NCBI GenBank assembly: GCA_000214015.2 | Contig: CAID01000001.2 | Location: 775,461-791,912 of the forward strand | DNA from: Ostreococcus tauri | Taxonomy: Eukaryota | Direction of reading: 5' to 3' | Length of the DNA: 16,452 nt | In this document: in pieces, positions 6,771 to 13,550 of the stretch | Layout of the letters: every line of letters begins with the position of its first letter | Numbering within the stretch: position 1 is the first letter of the stretch | Program-made: the position numbers and the translations under genes | Notes under the pieces: generated by a model | What the model was told of the DNA's origin: nothing | The model's input: the letters and a program-made list of their open reading frames with translations, nothing else | Database searches by the model: none

Positions 6771-8051
6771 CTAAGAACTATGTGTGTGCGCGTTTTGCTT
6801 CGACGAGATACCCCTGAATAGTGACGATGCCTTCGACACGAATCCAACGTTGTCGTCGCCGAGAGTGAACGGCGACGCAGTCGTGAGTGGAATGTCGTCA
6901 AAGTCTTCGTTTACGCGAGCGAAATTTCCGCGTTGCGTCCCCTTGGCATTGCTGTAATAGCGAAGAGCGGCCAGAAATGAAAGTAAGAGCAGCGTCAACA
7001 TGCCGAACTGCGCGAGCGTGGATACTTTTGCCACCATGATGCGACTGTTTCCAGTCGACCCCTTGGCGAGCGAAATGTCGCTGCACAGAATCTTCACGAA
7101 CTCGTCGCCGTTTTGCTCGAGAACGACGAACGACTTACCAACCACCGATACATCGCCACTTAGAGGCAGATTGCCGTCGGTGAACTGAAGGATCTTCTGG
7201 GAGAACACCTCGCTCTGTCGCGCAGACAGTTGGCCGACAGGACAGCTCTCAGCGAGTACATCGTCACGGTCGACGTCCGCGGCGCACAAATCCTTATCGA
7301 ATGGATTGAACACCGCCCCCACTTTCGAGCACGACGACCCAACGCCGACCGAACCGGAGTAAATCCCCCATCGAAACCGTTCAGGCGCCGCGTCCGCCTG
7401 CGCCCGGTTGACCAACTGCACGGTCACCCACGTGTCCGCCGTCGGATCGTCCGCCGCCTGCATCATCGTCACCACTCCAGATATTCTACTTAACGCCGTT
7501 CCGAGCGTCGCCTGCGCGTTCACCACGCCCTCGTCGCCGTCCGCCTCAATGCGTCCGCACGCCAGCGGCGTCGTCCCACCCGTGTGTCCGTCGTCGCCGC
7601 CCCGCCAAACCACGAGCGTGCGCCCCACCACGCTCCGTCGTCCCATCAGAGGCAAATCTCTGATCACAAAGGCATTCGTCGTCCCGCTCGCGCTCGATCG
7701 CACGGGTACTTTCGCCCGCGCGCTCACGTCTCCGACCGCTGAACCGCCCGCGGCGCGCGCTTCGTCTGGGTCATACACCCCCCCCACGCGCGCACGCTCG
7801 CACCCCATCCCCCCCAATTCGTGCACGACTAACCGCACGTCCGTCTCCGGTCCCTTGATCACCGCTCGCGCGCGCGTGACGTCGCCCTCGTACCGCTGCG
7901 CGAGCTCAATCGTGAATTCCATCGATCCATCGCTCGCGCGTCCGCTCGCGCGCGCGCGTCGTCCGTCCACCGTCCGCGCGCCGAGCGTCGCGATCGCGCA
8001 CGCGACGAGCGCCGCGCGCGCGATCGAGCGCCCGCGTCGACGCGCGCGCAT
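6771..8051 (-). CDS. Type-I membrane protein with two tandem degenerate Cu/Zn-superoxide-dismutase-like domains (signal peptide + 2 x SOD fold + TM anchor + cytosolic tail)
   Basis: The ORF-track start at 8087 is a GTG; the first ATG is at 8051-8049 (MRARRRGRSIARAALVACAIATLGA, signal-peptide-like), and the stop TAG is at 6773-6771. Domain 1 has LVVHELGGMGC...GGVYDP...VGRTLVVWRGGDDGHTGG...LACGRI. Domain 2 has WGIYSGSVGVGSSCSKVGAVFNP...PVGQLSA...LPLSGDVSVVGKSFVVLEQ...ILCSDI. For comparison, SOD1 has [23 protein letters not shown]...HVGDLGN...[27 protein letters not shown]...LACGVI. A TM helix (FGMLTLLLLSFLAAL) follows. Confidence 0.8.
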   Translation of the reverse strand: MRARRRGRSIARAALVACAIATLGARTVDGRRARASGRASDGSMEFTIELAQRYEGDVTRARAVIKGPETDVRLVVHELGGMGCERARVGGVYDPDEARAAGGSAVGDVSARAKVPVRSSASGTTNAFVIRDLPLMGRRSVVGRTLVVWRGGDDGHTGGTTPLACGRIEADGDEGVVNAQATLGTALSRISGVVTMMQAADDPTADTWVTVQLVNRAQADAAPERFRWGIYSGSVGVGSSCSKVGAVFNPFDKDLCAADVDRDDVLAESCPVGQLSARQSEVFSQKILQFTDGNLPLSGDVSVVGKSFVVLEQNGDEFVKILCSDISLAKGSTGNSRIMVAKVSTLAQFGMLTLLLLSFLAALRYYSNAKGTQRGNFARVNEDFDDIPLTTASPFTLGDDNVGFVSKASSLFRGISSKQNAHTHSS

Positions 8052-8106
8052 GACGCGTCGCGCTTTCACGTCACGCGCCACCGCCACCGCGTCACTCTCT
8101 CGCGCG

Positions 8107-8904
8107 ATGGGCGCGCGCGAGTTCGCGAGAACCCTCGCCCGGGCCTCGGCCGCGCGCGCGCGCGCGTCGGCGACGTCGTCGTCCGTCGGCGCGCGTGAGA
8201 TGGAGCTCGCGGTGCGGACGCGGCGACGATGGGCGTCGTCGACGTCAACGCAACGTTATCGCTCCACGCCGAGCGCGTCGTCGTCGAAACCGGGCTCGCT
8301 GGAGACCGCGCGCGAGGTGAGCGATGAAGAGACGCTTCCCGCGGCGTCGATGTCGGGATGGCGCAGATTGGCGCTCACCCTGGGCGGGTACTTCAGCGAG
8401 GAGAGTCGACACGTCAGAGGAGGCGAGCGGCTGTACGCAGAGGTGAAGGCGGCGTCGTCGGAAGACGCGTTGTACGCCGCGCACGGGATCGAACGGACGT
8501 TTGCGAGGGATCATGCGGTGACGTGCCTGCACGTGTGGATGTGCCTGCAGCGGTTGCGCAGGGAGGGGGAGGATGGGAAGGATTTTAGTCAGATTTTTTA
8601 CGACGCGTTTCAGGACGACGTGGAGAGGCGCGTGCACGATGCGGGCGTTCGCGTTCGAGTGCGCAAGTGGTTGCAGGACCTCGAGAGAACGTTTTATGGC
8701 AATGCTGTGTCGTACGATAAGGCGCTCGAGCTCGGCGGAAGCGAACTCGCCAGGGCGTTGCATCGGAACGTGTACGACGGCGACGGAGACGTGGACAAAG
8801 CCAAGGCGCTCGAGCGATACGTCCGGCATCACGTCGCGTCGCTTGCGATCACGCCCACGTCGGCCGTGATCGACGGCCGTATTAGATTTCAGCGATTTAA
8901 TTAA
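8107..8904 (+). CDS. UQCC1: Ubiquinol-cytochrome c reductase (bc1) complex assembly chaperone, CBP3/UQCC1 family, mitochondrial
   Basis: This is the C-terminal part of the 498-aa track ORF; the upstream part (7408-8106) is antisense to the SOD-like gene. ATG at 8107, with an alternative in-frame ATG at 8200; TAA at 8902-8904. Ubiq_cyt_C_chap pattern: TFARDHAVTCLHVWMCLQRLRREGEDGKDFSQIFYDAFQDDVERRVHDAGVRVRVRKWLQDLERTFYGNAVSYDKAL. Confidence 0.85.
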   Translation: MGAREFARTLARASAARARASATSSSVGAREMELAVRTRRRWASSTSTQRYRSTPSASSSKPGSLETAREVSDEETLPAASMSGWRRLALTLGGYFSEESRHVRGGERLYAEVKAASSEDALYAAHGIERTFARDHAVTCLHVWMCLQRLRREGEDGKDFSQIFYDAFQDDVERRVHDAGVRVRVRKWLQDLERTFYGNAVSYDKALELGGSELARALHRNVYDGDGDVDKAKALERYVRHHVASLAITPTSAVIDGRIRFQRFN

Positions 8905-8972
8905 CTGTACCGGTATCGATTTAGGCGCTTTCATTCTTCGTCTTTCCATGTCAGTTTTCGTCTCACAAACGT

Positions 8973-9995
8973 CTAATACGGTCGACCGAAACGCGGCTTG
9001 TCACCGCCGCGGTCGCCGCCACGATCGGGACCGCCGCGACCGCGGCCACCCCCGCGACCACCCCCGCGGCCACCGCCTCGGCCACCGCCTCGGCCACCCC
9101 CGCGACCGCCGCCTCGACCACCCCCGCGACCACCGCCTCGACCGACACGGCCGCCGCCGCGACCAGCGTCACGATCACCGCCACCAGGACGCTCTCTGGC
9201 CTGGCCGACGAACACCGGTTCCATTTCCGGTTTCGGAGCGTCGGGATCTTCACCGCGAGCGATTGCCGCCTGCCGTTCCTTCTCGACCTTCTCAGCCTTT
9301 TCCTTCTTCTTTTGCGCCATGTAATCAGACTTGTGCTGCGTCGTGAGCTTTGCACCGTCAAACTCCAAGTCATCTCGCGCCGCGACCACCCGCGCCTCCT
9401 CTTCGGATGAGAACTCAACAAAGATACTTCCGCGAAAGTCTTTGCTCTGCGCGTGTCTACGCAGACGAATCGACTGCACCTTTCCGACGGTGTTGAAGTA
9501 CTCCATCATCGAATCCATCGACGCCTCGCGAGAGAACGGCGCCGCGTACACGAACCGCTTATCCAGATCCTCAACCATCAATTTCCTGTACGCCTCCACG
9601 CCCTCATCCGTGGTGAGATCCGGCACGTGATCGCCGACCGTGAGCGACTTCCTCTTCACTCGCTTCCCGTCCGTCGCCTCCACGAGCGCGCTTCCCTCGA
9701 GCGCCGCCGCGATGCGCTCGATGTTCTTCACGTTTTCCTTACCCCCGTACGGCGCCAGAATATCGCGCATGCGAGAGAATCCAGCGATGAGCGCCAAATC
9801 AACCGCGCCTCCGTGTCCGTCTCGCGTCGCCCGAGCGACCTCTTCGAGCAAGAAACTGTCCCGAGGCAGGTTGGAGTCGCAAAAATAAAACTCAATCTGC
9901 TTCACAACCTTCTCCTTGGTGCTCTCGTCGAAGTCTTTGTCCTCCGCGCTCGCGTTCGCGCGCCATTCGTTCGTTCCGAAACGTTCATTCACCAT
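8973..9995 (-). CDS. La protein (La motif + RRM) with a C-terminal RGG/GGGR repeat tail
   Basis: ATG at 9995-9993 and TAG at 8975-8973. La motif: KVVKQIEFYFCDSNLPRDSFLLEE...DLALIAGFSRMR. RRM-like block: FVYAAPFSREASMDSMMEYFNTVGKVQSIRLRR...FRGSIFVEFSSEEEA. The tail carries eight consecutive GGGR units (RGGGRGGGRGGG...). Confidence 0.9.
   Translation of the reverse strand: MVNERFGTNEWRANASAEDKDFDESTKEKVVKQIEFYFCDSNLPRDSFLLEEVARATRDGHGGAVDLALIAGFSRMRDILAPYGGKENVKNIERIAAALEGSALVEATDGKRVKRKSLTVGDHVPDLTTDEGVEAYRKLMVEDLDKRFVYAAPFSREASMDSMMEYFNTVGKVQSIRLRRHAQSKDFRGSIFVEFSSEEEARVVAARDDLEFDGAKLTTQHKSDYMAQKKKEKAEKVEKERQAAIARGEDPDAPKPEMEPVFVGQARERPGGGDRDAGRGGGRVGRGGGRGGGRGGGRGGGRGGGRGGGRGGGRGGGRGRGGPDRGGDRGGDKPRFGRPY
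9046..9141. repeat. 12-bp tandem array (8 units) encoding the (GGGR)n tail of La
   Basis: The units CCACCCCCGCGR and CCRCCGCCTCGR occur in phase from 9046 to 9141, in two codon-variant forms. Confidence 0.9.
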
Positions 9996-9999
9996 CGCG

Positions 10000-10019
10000 C
10001 GTCGTCGTCGTCGTCGTCG
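10000..10019. repeat. (CGT)6 trinucleotide microsatellite 5-24 nt upstream of the La ATG
   Basis: The sequence CGTCGTCGTCGTCGTCGTCG is read directly at 10000-10019. Confidence 0.9.
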
Positions 10020-10076
10020 AGGCGTGACGACCGCGCGCCCGCGGCGTCGCGCGACCGCCGCCGCCGATGCCCCAGA

Positions 10077-10084
10077 TTTTTATG
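10077..10084 (-). promoter_or_regulatory. TATA-like box (ATAAAAAT on the minus strand) about 82 bp upstream of the La ATG
   Basis: It is an isolated AT-rich octamer in the La/PAF1 divergent spacer. The positional argument is the only support. Confidence 0.25.
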
Positions 10085-10293
10085 TCGCGAGACTCTTCTT
10101 GATTCATGAACCACGACGATGATTTCGTGAACCCTATCGTATGTAGATACTGTTTAGAACCGTGTGGGCATCACGTCGTCGCAAAGGGGATTCCACGCGA
10201 TCTCCAGGGCGACGGGCGACGCGTCGACCGCACGCGTCGACGCGCTCGCTCGCTCGATCGATCGCGAACACCGAGCGCGGTCGTGCGCGCGGG

Positions 10294-11547
10294 ATGGCGG
10301 GCGCGCGTGCGCGGTCAAAGGCGGACGCGGGGTCTAAATCGAAGACAAAGTCGAAGAGCGCGGACGCGGAGAAAACCAAGCGCGGCGCGCGATCGGGCGA
10401 GAGGGGCGCCTCGGCGAGAGACGCGCCGTCGGTGACGGAGGAGAATCGATTGAGAAGAGACACGGCGTTTTTGTGTCACGTGCAGTTCAAGAATGACCTG
10501 CCACCGGTGCCGGTCGATTGGAAGATGCTCGCGACTAGGGTGGATCGCGGAGCGTTGGCGGAGTACTCGCCGTTGTCGCTGTACGACGGGATGCGGCGAA
10601 GAGGCGATTTTAGTGAAGATTTAGGGATTCCGATTGATCCGGCGCTGATGCGAGCGTATCGAGTGCCGACGGAGCGAGGGGTGCTGGATCCGGAAGATCA
10701 CGAGTTGTTATTGAACGCGGCGGAGCGGGAGACGAAGAGAAACACGGCGAACGGGGCGAGCGGCCGAGCCGCGAGCAGGCCGGACGCCTCGGACGCGCTG
10801 TGGTTGATGAACACGCAGTATATCTCTGCCGGGAAGATCAAGGCTCGCACGGGGCTGAGCGAGAAGGAAATGAAGCGGAGAAAGCTCGCGGCAAGCGGCG
10901 CGGAAGGCATGCCAGAGGATGAGCTCTCGTTCGAAGAGCAAGTGGACGCCACGTTCGAGGCGGCGAAGAAGCCGCCGGTGCACCCGACGATGAATGATAT
11001 GGAGGTGGTAGAAATCCTTCCGGTGTTTCCGGATTTCGAGCGTATGGCTCTGGAGTACGTGCGTTTGAACTTCGACGAGAACCAGGCAAAGGACGTTCCG
11101 TCGCTCACGGGCAAGTCAACCGAGATCGTCGAGAGTGCGCTCATCAACGGTGTTGTGAAACCTTTTGCGATCGAGAACGATTACGGAGAGACGGAAAGAT
11201 TCTTGTCGCTCATGCTTCCACAAGATCCGGAGGCGGCGGCGGCGCCAAACTTCCTCGAGGTCGACGGCGAACCCCGAGCGTACGACCACATCCGAGATTA
11301 CGTGTACAAGCTTCAACGCGACGATCCGGCTCAGGGCGGGGGTAACGTGTGCTTCTTCTTCAAGAAGGACAAGGTCACGTTTGTCGATCTCCAAACCAAG
11401 CTCACCCTGAGTAAAAGGAGCAAGCACTCCAAGGGAAAAGACGCGTTGGATTGGAAGCCGTCCAGGGTGACGCTCAAGAGACGCAGCATGACGGAGGAAG
11501 AGCGCGCCTCGCTCGAGGAGAAGCGCGCCAAGCTTCGGGCGACGTAA
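10294..11547 (+). CDS. PAF1: RNA polymerase II-associated factor 1 (PAF1 complex subunit)
   Basis: The track start at 10162 is a GTG; the first ATG is at 10294 (MAGARARSK...), and the stop TAA is at 11545-11547. PAF1-family N-terminal block: DTAFLCHVQFKNDLPPVPVDWKMLATRVDRGALAEYSPLSL...DLGIPIDPALMRAYRVP. The protein has a Lys/Glu-rich C-terminus. Confidence 0.85.
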   Translation: MAGARARSKADAGSKSKTKSKSADAEKTKRGARSGERGASARDAPSVTEENRLRRDTAFLCHVQFKNDLPPVPVDWKMLATRVDRGALAEYSPLSLYDGMRRRGDFSEDLGIPIDPALMRAYRVPTERGVLDPEDHELLLNAAERETKRNTANGASGRAASRPDASDALWLMNTQYISAGKIKARTGLSEKEMKRRKLAASGAEGMPEDELSFEEQVDATFEAAKKPPVHPTMNDMEVVEILPVFPDFERMALEYVRLNFDENQAKDVPSLTGKSTEIVESALINGVVKPFAIENDYGETERFLSLMLPQDPEAAAAPNFLEVDGEPRAYDHIRDYVYKLQRDDPAQGGGNVCFFFKKDKVTFVDLQTKLTLSKRSKHSKGKDALDWKPSRVTLKRRSMTEEERASLEEKRAKLRAT

Positions 11548-11696
11548 CGCGCGTGGCGAACGCGCGTGTTATCATTAGCGGAACGTGTGAGATTCAAACG
11601 AAAATCTTAGGAAAACATTACGCGACGCGCTTCGCGACCCTCGAGAGTCGTCGCTCTCAAAAATACCCGCGCGCCGCGCGTCCTCGAACTCAGACA

Positions 11697-12122
11697 TCAC
11701 TCCATCATAGCCCGCTCCAACTCCTCCTTGAGCGAACCATCCTTAAACGCTTCGACCGTGATGTCGCACCCTCCGAAGAACTCACCGCCGATGTACAACT
11801 GCGGAAAAGTCGGCCACGACGAGTACTCCTTCATCCCTTGCCTCAAATCCTCATTCGCCAAAATATCCACATCCGCGAACGGCACGTTCATGTTTTGTAA
11901 AATCTGCACGCACGTGTTCGAGAATCCACACCTCGGCGCCGCCTTCGTCCCCTTCATGAAGAGCACCACCTTGTTCTCCCGCACGAACGCGTCGACGGAT
12001 TCCCGCAGTTCGGGTCCCATCGCCCGCGTCGTCACCCGTCGCACCGCGCCGCGCGCGCGCGCGCGCACCCCCCCCCGCGCGCGCACCGGAGCGCACACCA
12101 TCGCCGCGCGCGCGGTGGACAT
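11697..12122 (-). CDS. Monothiol (CGFS-type) glutaredoxin with an organellar presequence
   Basis: ATG at 12122-12120 and TGA at 11699-11697. Diagnostic block: NKVVLFMKGTKAAPRCGFSNTCVQILQNMNVPFADVDILANEDLRQGMKEYSSWPTFPQLYIGGEFFGGCDI. The N-terminal ~35 aa are Arg/Ala-rich. Confidence 0.9.
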   Translation of the reverse strand: MSTARAAMVCAPVRARGGVRARARGAVRRVTTRAMGPELRESVDAFVRENKVVLFMKGTKAAPRCGFSNTCVQILQNMNVPFADVDILANEDLRQGMKEYSSWPTFPQLYIGGEFFGGCDITVEAFKDGSLKEELERAMME

Positions 12123-12204
12123 CGCGCCCGTCGAGCTCTCGCGCGCGCCGTCGTCGTCGCCCCGATGGGCCGCGGCGGACGTCGAGGCCCCGCGAGGGGA
12201 CTCG

Positions 12205-12226
12205 TCGACGAGTGATCACTCGTCGA
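12205..12226. promoter_or_regulatory. Perfect 22-bp palindrome TCGACGAGTGATCACTCGTCGA in the glutaredoxin/GNAT divergent spacer
   Basis: I verified self-complementarity base by base. A degenerate second copy of the right-hand part lies at 12268-12290. Each copy ends in ATGTC. Confidence 0.5.
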
Positions 12227-13359
12227 TGTCCCGCACCCCACGCGGTGCGCGCACGGAGGGGGTCGGCGACGAGTCATCACTCGCGATGTCATCCACAGAC
12301 CCGTCGCCCATCCATCGCGCGCCCGCACACGCGCGCGATCGCGATCGACCGTCGCGCGGGGACGCGCGCGCGCGCGCGACGCGGGCGGTGATGCCCGCGC
12401 GGGCGCTCGCGCGCGGTGACCCGAGCGCGCGCGGCCGCGGACGCGCGCGCGTCGGGGCGACCGCGATGATGGGACGGTCGACGATGGCGCGGCCGACGCC
12501 GACGGGTCGCGCGGGCGACGACGCTCGGGCGTCGGATCGTGGCGCGGCGCGACGGAGAGGGGCTCGACGTCGCGCGGTGGCGGATCGAGACGTCGAACGC
12601 GAGCGAGACGAGCGGACGGGGGGGGAGATTGTCGCGCGCGCGGCGACGAAGGCGCGCGGAGGGGTGCGCGTGGCCGCGGCGACGGACGACGACGCGTTCG
12701 ACGTCGCGGCGAAGCTTCGAGCGACGGCGTTTTACGACGATTTGTTAGAGAGGGGTGAGATGCCGTTTCCGCCGAGGTTCACGGCGACGTTTCATCGAGA
12801 GTTCGCGCAGCGGGAGCGTCGCGCGCTCAGGGAGCGCACGTCCAGGCGCGTCGGACACGCGCTCGAGTCGAGGTGCTTCATGGCGGACGTCGACGGTGTG
12901 GGGTTGGCGGGGTGTCTCGATGTGAGCGTGCGTGAAGGACCGTGCGCGAGTCAGATCAATGGCGTGTGCGTGGCGGAGGGGACGTCGTACGCGTACATCG
13001 ACAACGTCGCGGTGGACGCGCGCGCGAGGCGTCGAGGCGCGGCGCGCTTGATGATGGAGAGCGCGAGCGACTTTATTCAAGAGCGCGGCATCACCGAGGT
13101 ATGGACACATGTTCACGCCGATAACACGGGCGCTCGGAAGCTGTATCACGCGTTCGGCTTCCGCGCGCCCGAAGGGACGTTTCCGGAAACCGGCTTGCCA
13201 AACTACTTCAGCGGCGATCGCCTCAAGGGATTGATACTCATGCGAGCGCCCGTACCCCTCGTTTTTGAACGTCGAGTGATTGAAGATAGTGTCTGCGAAT
13301 GCGGCGCGCGCTTCGACCGCGTTCAACAATGCATTTGCTTCAAGCCTCTGGCTCGTTGA
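12226..13359 (+). CDS. GNAT-family N-acetyltransferase with a long Arg/Ala-rich N-terminal extension (likely organellar); the start codon is uncertain
   Basis: This is the C-terminal part of the 543-aa track ORF; the part at 11728-12122 is antisense to the glutaredoxin CDS. In-frame ATGs at 12226 and 12286, plus later ones (MPARAL, MMGRST). TGA at 13357-13359. GNAT motif A: YIDNVAVDARARRRGAARLMMESASDFIQERGITEVWTHVHADNTGARKLYHAFGF. Confidence 0.7.
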   Translation: MSRTPRGARTEGVGDESSLAMSSTDPSPIHRAPAHARDRDRPSRGDARARATRAVMPARALARGDPSARGRGRARVGATAMMGRSTMARPTPTGRAGDDARASDRGAARRRGARRRAVADRDVERERDERTGGEIVARAATKARGGVRVAAATDDDAFDVAAKLRATAFYDDLLERGEMPFPPRFTATFHREFAQRERRALRERTSRRVGHALESRCFMADVDGVGLAGCLDVSVREGPCASQINGVCVAEGTSYAYIDNVAVDARARRRGAARLMMESASDFIQERGITEVWTHVHADNTGARKLYHAFGFRAPEGTFPETGLPNYFSGDRLKGLILMRAPVPLVFERRVIEDSVCECGARFDRVQQCICFKPLAR

Positions 13360-13550
13360 GAGGCTCTTACGCCCCCCCGGGACGTTTGCGAACACGTTCC
13401 CGTTGTACTTCGTTAATCGCTCGCGTGTACAATGCGCGCCGCCGCACGCTTTTTATATGACGCAATTTTAGTACATCAAAGGTTAGTACAGTCTTCATTC
13501 GTCGTCTCACACATGCTAATTCTACTGGTTCGTTTGCGGCTTCGCGCAAG

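Noticed and set aside
7408-8106. The N-terminal 233 aa of the 498-aa plus-strand ORF (7408-8904).
   Set aside because: This part is antisense to the well-supported SOD-like CDS and is Pro/Ser/Thr/Ala-rich junk. The recognisable CBP3/UQCC1 homology begins only after the ATG at 8107.
10217-10244. ACGCGT-containing palindromes (CGACGCGTCG and CGCGTCGACGCG) upstream of PAF1, reminiscent of MluI cell-cycle boxes.
   Set aside because: Short CG palindromes are abundant throughout the window for compositional reasons, and MCB function is known from yeast, not from this lineage.
12068-12076. Homopolymer runs (C9 at 12068-12076, G8 at 1-8 and at about 12616-12623, C8 at about 7778-7785), considered as frameshift or sequencing-error sites.
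   Set aside because: All the reading frames concerned stay open and give sensible protein across the runs, so there is no evidence of a frameshift. I note them only as slippage-prone sites.
11728-12225. The N-terminal part of the 543-aa ORF (11728-13359).
   Set aside because: The stretch 11728-12122 is antisense to the strongly supported CGFS glutaredoxin. The track start is not needed, because GNAT homology lies far downstream.
12745-13395. A 216-aa minus-strand ORF.
   Set aside because: It is antisense to the GNAT domain, which has a clear acetyl-CoA-binding motif on the plus strand.
13378-13400. An imperfect hairpin GGGACGTTTGCGAACACGTTCCC in the GNAT/SNAPC1 convergent gap, considered as a possible terminator or ncRNA.
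   Set aside because: The stem needs a bulge and is only about 7 bp. Eukaryotic mRNA 3' ends do not require hairpins, and I saw no tRNA or snoRNA box structure.
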